Shown piece by piece: positions 45,191 through 54,483 of a DNA stretch of 64,000 bases (the stretch's first letter is position 1; each line of letters begins with the position of its first letter). Origin of the DNA: an uncultured Acidobacteriaceae bacterium (lineage in GTDB: Bacteria > Acidobacteriota > Terriglobia > Terriglobales > Acidobacteriaceae); assembly GCA_963776125.1 (NCBI GenBank), contig CAVZMC010000003.1:540-64539 (forward strand). The letters are read 5' to 3'. The translations under genes were made by a program, and so were the position numbers. Below the pieces are notes generated by a model, which was not told the origin of the DNA, searched no databases, and saw only the letters and a list, made by a program, of their open reading frames with translations.

Positions 45191-45814
45191 ATGACGGCGT
45201 ACGTCGCGGCGGCCGGGCTTGCCCTGGCTCTGTGCGCGGCTCCCGCCATGGCGCAGCGCCGCTCCTCACCGCCGCCGCGGCCGCCCCAATCCCGCCCCCA
45301 GCCTCGCGCCCAGCAACAGCCTCCCATCAACCGTGTGCCCCAGCAGGGCCACCACGCCGGCCAATGGCTGCAGCGCTATCGCGATCTTCCGCCCGAGCAA
45401 CAGCAGCGCGCTCTGCAGAACGATCCGCAATTCCGCAGCCTTCCGCCCGAGCGCCAGCAGCTCCTGCAGAATCGCTTGCAGCACTTCAACAGTTTGCCCT
45501 CAGATCAGCAGCAGCGCATGCTGAACCGCATGGAAGTCTGGGAGCACCTGACTCCGGAACAGAAGCAAAACGCGCGCGGCATCTACAACCAGATGCAGAA
45601 CCTTCCGCCCGAGCGCCGCGCCATGGTGCGCACCGCCATTCGCGACCTGCGTGCCATGCCGCCCGAGCAGCGCCAGCGCGTCATCGAGTCCGACCGTTTT
45701 AAGAGCGTGTTCAGCCCGCAGGAGCGCGACCTGCTCAACGGCGCCGCCCGCCTGCCCCTGGCCCCGCCCGCCGAGCCACCCGACAATCCAAACGTCCCGC
45801 GCCCGCCCCATTGA
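45191..45814 (+). CDS. DUF3106-domain secreted protein
   Basis: Signal peptide MTAYVAAAGLALALCAAPAMA, repeated helical L-P-P-E-Q/R units (LPPEQQQRAL, LPPERQQLL, LTPEQKQNA, LPPERRAMV, MPPEQRQRV). The track start is GTG 45173. Confidence 0.75.
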   Translation: MTAYVAAAGLALALCAAPAMAQRRSSPPPRPPQSRPQPRAQQQPPINRVPQQGHHAGQWLQRYRDLPPEQQQRALQNDPQFRSLPPERQQLLQNRLQHFNSLPSDQQQRMLNRMEVWEHLTPEQKQNARGIYNQMQNLPPERRAMVRTAIRDLRAMPPEQRQRVIESDRFKSVFSPQERDLLNGAARLPLAPPAEPPDNPNVPRPPH

Positions 45815-45886
45815 GAACTGCGTGGGGACAGCCGCCCGGCTGCCCAGGCGGGCAGCGCCCCGTAAGCGCTAACTTAAGGAAGGCAC

Positions 45887-47356
45887 TCAAGGTACGCGTT
45901 TCGCGTGAAAACTCCCATCGAATACGAGACCTGCAACATGCCCACCGCTGTCCTTTTCGAACACCACGGTTGGACCTTCGATCATGAAAAACTGCGTCTC
46001 CGATTCGGGGAACAACTCGGTCCTGTCTCGGCCCCGAACTTGGCCATAGAGCTTCCCGTTCTCCATCGAGATGCTGGCGTAGGCTCCGGGTGCCATCTCA
46101 TATTTCCCAACATACTGCTTCAAGGCCTCGGGACTGATTTCGACGATCGCCTTTTCCATTACCCGAAAATCGGGCCAATCGTAGGCCGCAGCAATGCTAT
46201 ACAGCAGTTCGTCGGCGAGTTCGCCACCGCGGTCACCGTTGGTTAGGATGACGGCGCCCTGACCACGATTCGCGTACGCAAACAGCACGGCCTTGTAACC
46301 GGGGGTTGAGCCGTCGTGACGGAAAGCCAACTTATCTCCAGACCCCTGCAGTTGAACGCCTAGTCCCCATTGATCATTCTGCTTGGTCAACATCTGCTGG
46401 GCCAACGAAGCAGAGAGAAAGTTAGTATCGACACCACGGAACGCGTGCTGAACCGCTATCGCAGCATGAGCCAGATCAGACGCCGTCGTCCAAAGCCCAC
46501 CTTCCGGTGCGCCGACCACGCGCCATTCGCCAGTCTCCAGTACACCGTCAGCGGTGTGTCCAAGTGCAACATCCTTCGGCGCCTCGTCAGGCTTGAGCAC
46601 GTCAAACGTGCTGTGGGCCATGTGGAGCGGTCTCAATACCAGCGTTGTCGCCGCCTGGGAAAACGGCGTGCCTGTTACGTCGGAAATCAGCTGCCCCAAG
46701 ATCAAATATCCGCCGTTGGAATAGCGAAAACCGGATCCAGGAATACCATCGACCCGAACCGGCTTATTTGATGCAGGTGGCTCACCGTTCAATCTTTGCA
46801 GTAGGCTTGGTAATGGGTCGACGGGAGGCAGAGCCGACTCACCTGCAGGCCAGTTGATGCCAGCCATGTGACTCAACAGTTCCCCCACCGTAACGGCGCG
46901 TCCGGAAGAATTGGGCAGCTTCCAGTTCCGGAGCCTTTGGTTTACATCGTCCCTGAGTTCGAGGCGTTTGATTTGGACGAGTCGAAGCGTCGCAAGCGCG
47001 GTAATGACCTTGCTGACCGAGGCTGCCTGGAAGCGAGTTCTGCGATCTGCTCGGTCCGGTCGCTCCACTTCCCTGGTTCCGTAAACCCTGGCCCACTCCA
47101 GCGAACCATGGTTGATCACAGCTAAGCTCAGTGCAGGGACATGGTAGTAAGCCATGCGTTCGCGTAGGGTCCAACGTGCGAACGGCTGCCCCTTGACGTG
47201 AACCCTGGCGGTAAGCCCGGTCTCAACCTTCGTTATCTTGCTACCGACGGAACTCGTGGCAGTTGCCCTGCAGGTTATTAATAGCGAGAGAGCGGCAACG
47301 GACACCGGAAGCAGGCGGGCTGCGAGCGTGACGGGACGTATCATTAGGGTCTTCAC
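45887..47356 (-). CDS. serine hydrolase, beta-lactamase/class C-like family, secreted, with extra C-terminal domain
   Basis: 489 aa, signal peptide. SxxK motif in FQAASVSKVITALA, then YSNGGY and HDGSTPGY motifs. Confidence 0.85.
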   Translation of the reverse strand: MKTLMIRPVTLAARLLPVSVAALSLLITCRATATSSVGSKITKVETGLTARVHVKGQPFARWTLRERMAYYHVPALSLAVINHGSLEWARVYGTREVERPDRADRRTRFQAASVSKVITALATLRLVQIKRLELRDDVNQRLRNWKLPNSSGRAVTVGELLSHMAGINWPAGESALPPVDPLPSLLQRLNGEPPASNKPVRVDGIPGSGFRYSNGGYLILGQLISDVTGTPFSQAATTLVLRPLHMAHSTFDVLKPDEAPKDVALGHTADGVLETGEWRVVGAPEGGLWTTASDLAHAAIAVQHAFRGVDTNFLSASLAQQMLTKQNDQWGLGVQLQGSGDKLAFRHDGSTPGYKAVLFAYANRGQGAVILTNGDRGGELADELLYSIAAAYDWPDFRVMEKAIVEISPEALKQYVGKYEMAPGAYASISMENGKLYGQVRGRDRTELFPESETQFFMIEGPTVVFEKDSGGHVAGLVFDGSFHAKRVP

Positions 47357-47402
47357 GGCAGATCTCCTGGGTAAGCCTTAAGAATGCTCATAGGTCCACA
47401 TT

Positions 47403-47416
47403 AAGTATAGCTATAC
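47403..47416. promoter_or_regulatory. perfect 14-bp palindrome AGTATAGCTATACT in the PadR promoter region
   Basis: Lies within an AT-rich divergent intergenic region, next to TATAAT (47420-47425). Confidence 0.4.
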
Positions 47417-47466
47417 TGGGTATAATTAGACAATGTCCTTGACTAAATTAGCCAATTGCGTTTTAT

Positions 47467-47481
47467 GTATCCATAATGGAT
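47467..47481. promoter_or_regulatory. perfect palindrome TATCCATAATGGATA overlapping the first ATG of padR
   Basis: 7-bp arms around a central A. Candidate autoregulatory operator. Suggests the true start may be ATG 47494. Confidence 0.4.
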
Positions 47482-47877
47482 AGAAGGAAGAGAATGGGCT
47501 TGTTTCAAACTCCCCGATCCGAGTCGCCAGAGTCATTTCTCCCGCTTTCGACGGCGAGTCAGTACATCCTTCTGGCACTTGCCTCGGAGGAACGTCACGG
47601 CTACGCCATCATGCAGGAGGTTGACAAGGCCAGCGTCGGAACCGTCAGGCTTGGTCCCGGCACGCTCTATCGTTCGATCCGTGAGCTTCTTGAAGCCGGC
47701 TTGATCGAAGAATCGGTTAAGCGACCAGTCAGGAATGAAGATCAGCGCCGCCGCTATTACCGTTTGACTTCTCTTGGCCGACGAGTACTGGCAGCCGAAA
47801 GCCGGCGACTGGCGGCCGTGGTGGCACTCGCGAGGTCAAGGAAGGTTTGGGAGAACGCGCCCACTTTAGGAAAGTAG
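47476..47877 (+). CDS. PadR-family transcriptional regulator
   Basis: LSTASQYILLALASEERHGYAIMQEVDKASVGTVRLGPGTLYRSIRELLEAGLIEE. Confidence 0.88.
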   Translation: MDRRKRMGLFQTPRSESPESFLPLSTASQYILLALASEERHGYAIMQEVDKASVGTVRLGPGTLYRSIRELLEAGLIEESVKRPVRNEDQRRRYYRLTSLGRRVLAAESRRLAAVVALARSRKVWENAPTLGK

Positions 47878-47878
47878 C

Positions 47879-48382
47879 ATGATGCGCGGGCAAGCGATAC
47901 TGGGGGCGCGGCTTTACGGGATCTTGCTGAAGTCTTATCCCATGGAATTTCGGCAAGCGTACGGCGATGCCATGGTCAGCGTATTTGAAGAGAGTTTGGC
48001 GGAGGCCCGCGCACGATCAGGTCGCTATGGTGTCCTCAGTCTGTGGCTGTACACTCTCGCCGACCTGGCTAAGACTGTGCTGGCTGAGCGCGCTTCAGGT
48101 TTCGTGGCTGCCTGTGGAATCGAACGGAAAACCTCACTCGGCGCCAGCTTCGCGATTCATGGAGTCGTGCTGTCTGGCATCATCTGGGTGGGGCTTCACA
48201 CGGCCCATCCCATTCACAATTCATGTAAGGAGCACAAGATCACGCACGCTCCCCCCGTGCGTGAACCCCTCGGCGTGCTGCCGCGTCCGCGGGGGACTGA
48301 AGTTGAAAAGAACGGAAATCGGCATGCCCTGAGTGGAATTTCGAAATCCCCACAAGCCGACTTCTACTGCACAAGTTCCTGA
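47879..48382 (+). CDS. PadR-associated protein resembling the N-terminal prefix domain of acidobacterial duplicated (ADOP/MacB-type) permeases, without a permease body
   Basis: LLKSYPMEFRQAYGDAMVSVFEESL...VLSLWLYTLADLAKTVLAER followed by one TM. Starts 2 nt after the padR stop. Confidence 0.5.
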   Translation: MMRGQAILGARLYGILLKSYPMEFRQAYGDAMVSVFEESLAEARARSGRYGVLSLWLYTLADLAKTVLAERASGFVAACGIERKTSLGASFAIHGVVLSGIIWVGLHTAHPIHNSCKEHKITHAPPVREPLGVLPRPRGTEVEKNGNRHALSGISKSPQADFYCTSS

Positions 48383-51039
48383 GTCATCACCGCTCCTCCC
48401 ATGGAAGCCAGAACCGCGGTGACCTTCACTACTTTGTGGGTTTCCCCAGAAATCCAAATCGTCTTCTTGTCCGGGCCCCCGTCCGCGGAAGAGATCTCGA
48501 CCCGAAGCGCGTTGAACGTGCCGGCAGGTACCGTCACTTCTTCCTTGCCAACGACGGTCAATTGCAGCAATTTCACTTTCTGCGTCTGAACATCGAAGTT
48601 GCGGAAGGTCGTGCTATAGCCCTCAGCCAGCGGCAAGCACGCGATCACCTGATCTGAACCGGCAGCATCCGCAAACAGTGGCCCGCCCAGGTCAACCGCG
48701 ATCGGTTTGTCTTGTCCGTTCATGCTCATCTTGCCCGCGGCTTTGTTGCCGGCGAAATCCAGATCAATCGCCACCGGCCCCTGCCGCACGCTTCTCTTCA
48801 GCAAAAGCAGGCTGCCTTTCTCCAGCGTTGCGGTGTCGATTGCGGAGCCTTGTGGCGTGTCCATCTGATCGGTTGCGGTCCACGAGCCAGCGCCATCCTG
48901 AATCGCGGTAGAAACCTTGAGATTCATCTGCTGGCCGCCCGCTTCAATCTTTACCTGGTAGTTGTAGGTTCCAGTCTGCAAGTCCATGGCTGGCTTCGGG
49001 GTGCCAATGGTTTCCGGATTGATTTTCTTCGATAGGACCACCGTCTTCGGGTCCACCGTGATTTCCTTCAGCCGCGCAACCTCCTCCGCCGTGCCGCCGT
49101 CTTGATACCTTCCTCCCAGGTGCTGCGCAAGAAATTTCTCCGAAGCCATGAACAGCGCCAGATTGTTGATTGGCCGGGCGAAACCGTGCCCTTCATCGGG
49201 GGCGAGGATGTACTCCACCGGGAAGCCGCGGTCGCGTAACGCGATGACAATCTGTTCTGCCTCGCGCCGGTTCACTCTAGGATCATTGGCTCCCTGGGCG
49301 ACCAGGAGAGGGGTTTTGATTTTGTCGGCGGAAGTCAGAGGAGACTCTTCCATCAGCAGCGCCTTACCCTGCGGAGTACGCGGATCACCCATACGAACGT
49401 AAAACACGTTGCGGGCCGCTTCCCAGTACGGAGGAATCGAATCCAGCAGCGTGATCAGATTCGAGGGCCCGACGATGTCCACCGCCGCCGCATAAAGATC
49501 GGGAGTAAAAGTGACGCCCGCCAGCGTGGCATAGCCGCCGTAAGAACCACCGAGAATACCCACGCGTTTGGGATCGGCGATGCCTTGGGAAACCATGTAC
49601 TTCACGCCCCAGGTCACATCGTCCTGCATCTTGCGGCCCCACTCCAGGTTGCCCGCATCCAGAAACTTCCGGCCATATCCGGTCGAGCCGCGGAAGTTGG
49701 GCATAAGCACCGCATATCCGCGGTTGGCAAAGAACTGCGCCAATGGGTTGTATCCCCACGCATCGCGTCCCCAGGGACCGCCATGCGGAATGACCAGCGT
49801 CGGCAGATTATTTGCGGGGACTCCTTTTGGCAGCGTGAGATAGGCGGGAATCTCCAAACCGTCCGAAGATTTGTAAGTGACGGGCTTCATTTCCGCCAAG
49901 TCCTGGCGCGGGAGTTTCTCCCAGATTTTGAATTGTGGCGTCAGGGTGTGTGTCTTGCGCCAGAACAGAAACGTGTCGCCGGGTTCTCGGTCGCTGCCAG
50001 CAGTGACCAGCCAAAGTTGGTCGTCCTTGGTGCGCGAAACTACACGGATCTCGTCGTCCGGGAAGCGATGCTCGATCCAGTGGACGTCGTCGCCGAACCG
50101 CTTATTTTTGTAGTAGGTCTGGAGGCGGTCAGCCACGTACCAGGTTTCCACCAGTTCATCGGTGACCTCGGAAAATAAAGCCCCGCCAAAATCGACCTTG
50201 CCGAAAGGATCCGACTCCACCATCTCGGTCTTGCTGGTCTGGGGATCGAACAGCAGTAGCGAGACCAGGTCCGTACCCTTGTTGCTTTGCATGTAGACGC
50301 GCTGGTCTCCCGGCTGAAAGTGCAGCGGCGCGCAGGTTTCCAGCACCGAACAGGAATAGACCTTGGTGAATCCGTCCGCATCGACGCGCAGGATCTCATT
50401 GTCGCCATTTTCCGCGCTACGCGTGGCCAGCCGCAGTTGCCCCTTTAAGTCAAACACCCAGCCGGTGATGCGCTCGGTGTTCTTGCGGACCAGAGTCTTC
50501 TCTCCCGTGGAAATCTTCAGCCGATAAAGGTCGTGCCAGGCCTTATCCCGGTCGTTCAACCCGATGTAAACGATATCCGGATCGCTCTTCGGAGCTTCAT
50601 ACAGCATCACGCGAATACCTTTCAGTCCAGTCAGATCGCGCGAGGGCGGAGCGTCGGCGCCCGCAGCGGGTTGGGCCGAAGGGTCCACCGCGTACACATT
50701 GAAGTTCTCGTCTCCGCCATTGTCCTTGGCGTAGAGAATGTACTTACCGTCTCGCGACCATAGGTATCCGGCAACCGGGCGCTTCGTCTCTGTGGTAAGC
50801 AGCCGGGCGGCGCTGAATGGCTCGCTCACCGCCTTCACGTACACATTGCGCGTGTCTTTCCAGGGTTTCAGAAATGCGATGTACTTGCCGTCAGGGGAAA
50901 GCTCAGCTCCCGCAATCTCTGGATTGCCGAAGATTAAGTCGCGGTCGATCAGCGGTGGCCGGGCGGCGGACTTGTCTCCATTCGCGGTGGCGATGGATGC
51001 GAGCAGCAGAACACACACTAGGCCGAATGAGAGCTTCAT
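48364..51039 (-). CDS. S9-family serine peptidase (prolyl oligopeptidase/DPP-like) with a ~240-aa C-terminal extension
   Basis: 891 aa, signal peptide, beta-propeller N-terminal half, catalytic GGSYGGYATL, later D and H (PDEGHGF). The C-terminal beta-rich domain has no family I recognise. Confidence 0.9.
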   Translation of the reverse strand: MKLSFGLVCVLLLASIATANGDKSAARPPLIDRDLIFGNPEIAGAELSPDGKYIAFLKPWKDTRNVYVKAVSEPFSAARLLTTETKRPVAGYLWSRDGKYILYAKDNGGDENFNVYAVDPSAQPAAGADAPPSRDLTGLKGIRVMLYEAPKSDPDIVYIGLNDRDKAWHDLYRLKISTGEKTLVRKNTERITGWVFDLKGQLRLATRSAENGDNEILRVDADGFTKVYSCSVLETCAPLHFQPGDQRVYMQSNKGTDLVSLLLFDPQTSKTEMVESDPFGKVDFGGALFSEVTDELVETWYVADRLQTYYKNKRFGDDVHWIEHRFPDDEIRVVSRTKDDQLWLVTAGSDREPGDTFLFWRKTHTLTPQFKIWEKLPRQDLAEMKPVTYKSSDGLEIPAYLTLPKGVPANNLPTLVIPHGGPWGRDAWGYNPLAQFFANRGYAVLMPNFRGSTGYGRKFLDAGNLEWGRKMQDDVTWGVKYMVSQGIADPKRVGILGGSYGGYATLAGVTFTPDLYAAAVDIVGPSNLITLLDSIPPYWEAARNVFYVRMGDPRTPQGKALLMEESPLTSADKIKTPLLVAQGANDPRVNRREAEQIVIALRDRGFPVEYILAPDEGHGFARPINNLALFMASEKFLAQHLGGRYQDGGTAEEVARLKEITVDPKTVVLSKKINPETIGTPKPAMDLQTGTYNYQVKIEAGGQQMNLKVSTAIQDGAGSWTATDQMDTPQGSAIDTATLEKGSLLLLKRSVRQGPVAIDLDFAGNKAAGKMSMNGQDKPIAVDLGGPLFADAAGSDQVIACLPLAEGYSTTFRNFDVQTQKVKLLQLTVVGKEEVTVPAGTFNALRVEISSADGGPDKKTIWISGETHKVVKVTAVLASMGGAVMTQELVQ

Positions 51040-51255
51040 ATGCGGTAGTTCCTTTCTCGAGTGCGCGGAACACTAGGGGGCCCTGAATCGGAAGACAACG
51101 CCATTCTCCTCCTGCTTCGTCAGAGGTGCAAGTTCGGCCGACATTGTAGGTTTTGCCCAGTCCAAAACGGGCTTCTGCGGAACGGCACGCCACGGTAAAG
51201 CCAAACCGCTTGTGTCAGCGCTTATGGAACTCCGCCCCGCCGGCCGCTGGCAGCC

Positions 51256-51299
51256 TGACCTCACCGTAAAACGTTCCTCGCCACGAACCACACATTCGC
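51256..51299 (-). pseudogene. 44-bp duplicate of the 3' end (last 13 codons plus stop) of the proline dehydrogenase gene
   Basis: TGACCTCACCGTAAAACGTTCCTCGCCACGAACCACACATTCGC versus 52399-52442, 43/44 identical. Confidence 0.75.
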
Positions 51300-51584
51300 A
51301 GCGCGTGTTGAACCGCATGGAAGTCTGGGAGCATCTGACCCCGGAACAAAAGCAAACCGCGCGCGGAATTTATACCCAGATGCAAAACCTTCCGCCCGAG
51401 CGCCGCGCCATGGTGCGCACCGCCATTCGCGACCTGCGCGCCATGCCGCCCGAGCAGCGCCACCGCGTCATCGAGTCCGACCGTTTTAAGAGCACGTTCA
51501 GCCCGCAGGAGCGCGACCTGCTCAACGGCCCCGCCCGCCGAACCACCCGACAATCCAAACGTCCCGCGCCCGCCCCATTGAGAA
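51298..51584 (+). pseudogene. decayed duplicate of the 3' third of the DUF3106 gene
   Basis: Aligns with 45511-45817 at roughly 94 percent identity by eye. A 20-bp deletion after CTCAACGGC shifts the frame. Track ORF 51212..51595 is a chimera across the junction. Confidence 0.8.
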
Positions 51585-51819
51585 TGGAGCCTTGATTTCG
51601 TCAATTACGGGAACGCTCCGGGTGTAGTCTCACCTATCGATTCTGCTATGACCTCATTTACAAATCTCTACAAAATTCAAAGCCGATTGGTGTTAATTTT
51701 CTCGCCATTGAAATTTGGCGACGACCCGAATCCCGGTAGTTGATGATTCCCATCAGCGGCGTACCGCTCGATCAGGCAAGAGAACCTGTGGACTTACGCA
51801 TGGAAGCGAAGGAGCAGCT

Positions 51820-52341
51820 ATGAGACGGATCGCTTTTTTGCTAGTTGCCGTGGCAACGCTGGCTAGCGTTATCGCCTACTTGGTCCCCGCGTCCGGACAG
51901 GAAGCTCAAAATTCCGCCCCAGCCTGGGTGACCAGAATTCCACCAGGATACCGCGACTGGAGGCTGATCTCTGTGGCCCACGAAGAAGGCAACCTCCACA
52001 GTTTCGCTGCCGTTTTGGGCAACGATGCGGCGATCGAGGCGTTCCGCGAAGGGAAGCTCCCCTTTCCCGATGGTGCAATCATCGCCGCTTTGCACTACAG
52101 TCACATCCCGTCGGAGGAGAACAACAAGGTCTTTGGCCGCGAACAATCGTTCGTTCCCGGCCCTCCCACAAACATTCAGTTCATGGTCAAGGACTCGAAG
52201 AAGTACGCGGCCACGGGCGGTTGGGGGTTCGGGCACTTCGGCACAGATGGCAAAGCTGGCGACGAGGCGCTACTCAAGACTTGCTTTCCCTGTCACGCGA
52301 TGGCTTCTCGCGATTTTGTGTTCACGCGTTACGCACCTTAA
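51820..52341 (+). CDS. cytochrome P460-family protein, secreted
   Basis: Start trimmed to ATG 51820 (GAAGGAG upstream). Signal peptide MRRIAFLLVAVATLASVIAYL. Heme motif CFPCH near the C-terminus. GWGFGHF. Confidence 0.75.
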   Translation: MRRIAFLLVAVATLASVIAYLVPASGQEAQNSAPAWVTRIPPGYRDWRLISVAHEEGNLHSFAAVLGNDAAIEAFREGKLPFPDGAIIAALHYSHIPSEENNKVFGREQSFVPGPPTNIQFMVKDSKKYAATGGWGFGHFGTDGKAGDEALLKTCFPCHAMASRDFVFTRYAP

Positions 52342-52403
52342 CGTGGCATGCCAGTTTCCCAGAGGCCCGTTCTGTGGATAGCCTGTCGCCGGGAGCGTTG
52401 ACC

Positions 52404-53348
52404 TCACCGTAAAAGGTTCCTCGCCACGAACCACACATTCGCCGGACGCTCCGCCAGCCGCCGCATGAAATACGGATACCACGCCACTCCAAACGGAATA
52501 TAAACCCGCGTCCGCCAGCCTTCCCGCGCCAGGCTGCGCTGCAAGTCGCGCCGAATCCCATAAAGCATTTGGAACTCGAATGCATCCCGCCGAATGTTTT
52601 CATGCACCGCAAATGCCTTGGCTTCCCGCATGATGTTTTCGTCGTGCGTCGCCAGCCCGTGATACACGCTGCTCTTCAACAGAAGCTTCATCAGCCGCAG
52701 ATAGTTTGCATCCACTTCGGATTTCTTCTGCCACGCAATCTCTTCCGGCTCCTTATAAGCGCCCTTGCACAGCCGTATGCGGATGCTGTCGCCAAGCAGC
52801 CTCTCGACATCGCTCTCCGATCGCCGCAGATATGCCTGGATCACCGTGCCCACCCGTCCGCGATTGCCCGGCTGCCGGTGTAGCTCGCAGACAAAATCAA
52901 TCGTCCGTTGGGTGTACGCCGAGCCTTCCATATCCACGCGCACAAAATTCGCCGGCGTCATGCCCGCCGCCTTGGCCACCAGTTCCGTCACCTGCGCGTA
53001 AGCCAGTTGCTCGTCGATATCGAGCCCCATGTGGGTGAGCTTCAAGCTGATGTTGGCATCCAGCCGCCGCGCCGCGATTTCGTCGAGCAGTTGATGATAG
53101 AGTTGCGCGCTGGCCCGCGCCTCTTCGGCGTTCGTGACGTTCTCGCCCAGATTGTCGATGGAAACGCTCATCCCCGCCTGGTTGACGCTCTGCGCCGCCC
53201 GCAAAACATCCGCTGGCGCGGTGCCCGCCACAAAACGGCTGGAGAGCCTGCGCCCCAGCGAGGACCGTTCCGCCAACCCCCGCAACCAGCGGTTCCCCGA
53301 GAGAGAAATGAAGAGAGCCCTAAACATGCCATCCCTAGCATCGCACAC
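52404..53348 (-). CDS. proline dehydrogenase (monofunctional PutA-like)
   Basis: 314 aa. VSIDNLGE, ISLKLTHMG, VRVDMEGS, RLCKGAY, LYGIRRDLQ are PRODH TIM-barrel motifs. Start may be ATG 53327. Confidence 0.88.
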   Translation of the reverse strand: MCDARDGMFRALFISLSGNRWLRGLAERSSLGRRLSSRFVAGTAPADVLRAAQSVNQAGMSVSIDNLGENVTNAEEARASAQLYHQLLDEIAARRLDANISLKLTHMGLDIDEQLAYAQVTELVAKAAGMTPANFVRVDMEGSAYTQRTIDFVCELHRQPGNRGRVGTVIQAYLRRSESDVERLLGDSIRIRLCKGAYKEPEEIAWQKKSEVDANYLRLMKLLLKSSVYHGLATHDENIMREAKAFAVHENIRRDAFEFQMLYGIRRDLQRSLAREGWRTRVYIPFGVAWYPYFMRRLAERPANVWFVARNLLR

Positions 53349-53434
53349 GTGGAGACAGCCGCCCCGGCTGTCCCGCCAGGGCGCAGCCCGGCAGCTACAT
53401 GACCAACGGCGGATCCAACTAAGTTTTCTTGGGA

Positions 53435-53776
53435 TTAATTCTCAGGCTTGAACTCAACCGTAACCGGTTCTTTGGTCTCACTCTTGGCCGGCACCCACTT
53501 CCATTTGCGGACTGCCTCCGCCGCCGCCTGCGCCAACACGGGATGCCCGCCTTTCACCTGCAGCGACTTCACGGTGCCGTTGGGCGACACCAAGACCTCG
53601 ACCTTTACGGTGCCGCTCAGCCTCAGCGCCCGCGCCATCTCCGGATACTCCGCCATCACTTTGCTGACTACTTTGCGATCGCCCTGGTCTTGTTGGGCAA
53701 GAGATGGAACTACGCCAACGACGAGGGTCACACAAACGGCTAATACCGTGATGGGAATCCAACGCCTCATTGGCAT
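53435..53776 (-). CDS. small TonB C-terminal-domain protein
   Basis: 113 aa, TM/signal anchor, YPEMARALRLSGTVKVEVLVSPNGTVKSLQVKGGHPVLAQAAAEAVRKWKW. Confidence 0.75.
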   Translation of the reverse strand: MPMRRWIPITVLAVCVTLVVGVVPSLAQQDQGDRKVVSKVMAEYPEMARALRLSGTVKVEVLVSPNGTVKSLQVKGGHPVLAQAAAEAVRKWKWVPAKSETKEPVTVEFKPEN

Positions 53777-53966
53777 TCAGAAGCTCAAGCTTAGCGAAAA
53801 TACCAGGAATGATGAAAATTACGATGGTAACCTTGAGGTAAGTGATCATTACTCCGAAGTGCACTCTCGGCGGCCGTCCGGCTAGGCGTTCCGCCCGCCT
53901 GCAGCGGACCCAGACGCGCCGGTGGGGCTGACGCGCTTGCCCCCTGCTTTTGCGGCTGATACTTGG

Positions 53967-54362
53967 TTAGCTTCGGTACTGTTCTTCGCTAACTTTTTCC
54001 ATCCAGTCAACGACCTTTCCCTCCAGTTTTTCTTGAATGGCGATGTGCGTCATGGCCGCGGCCGTCGACGCCCCGTGCCAGTGCTTCTCGCCGGGCGCAA
54101 ACCAGACCACATCGCCCGCGCGGATTTCCTCGACCGGACCGCCCCAGCGCTGGGCGCGGCCGCAGCCGGCGGTTACGATCAGCGTCTGGCCGAGGGGATG
54201 CGTGTGCCATGCCGTCCGCGCGCCCGGCTCGAAAGTGACGCTGGCGCCTTGCACAAACGCTGGATCGGGCGCCTGAAACAGCGGATCGATCCGTACCGTG
54301 CCAGTGAACCACTCAGATGGTCCTTTGACGGAAGGTTGGGAGCCGCTTCGCTTGATTTCCAT
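53967..54362 (-). CDS. cupin-domain protein
   Basis: 131 aa from ATG 54362. Cupin motifs [17 protein letters not shown] and [16 protein letters not shown]. Confidence 0.8.
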   Translation of the reverse strand: MEIKRSGSQPSVKGPSEWFTGTVRIDPLFQAPDPAFVQGASVTFEPGARTAWHTHPLGQTLIVTAGCGRAQRWGGPVEEIRAGDVVWFAPGEKHWHGASTAAAMTHIAIQEKLEGKVVDWMEKVSEEQYRS

Positions 54363-54483
54363 CTTTTGATTCCCTTTGGTTGATCTGTTCCTTGTGGGTA
54401 ACCGCCATCCAAACTGCCGATTACCGCATCGGAGCGACAACGGCAACGTCGAACTTTGAATAGTATTTCTTCACATCGCTTGC

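Noticed and set aside
51212-51595. 127-aa ORF as a genuine gene
   Set aside because: It is a chimera reading through the C1|A2 junction. Its C-terminal two thirds duplicate the DUF3106 gene and then go out of frame after a 20-bp deletion. It has no plausible promoter or RBS.
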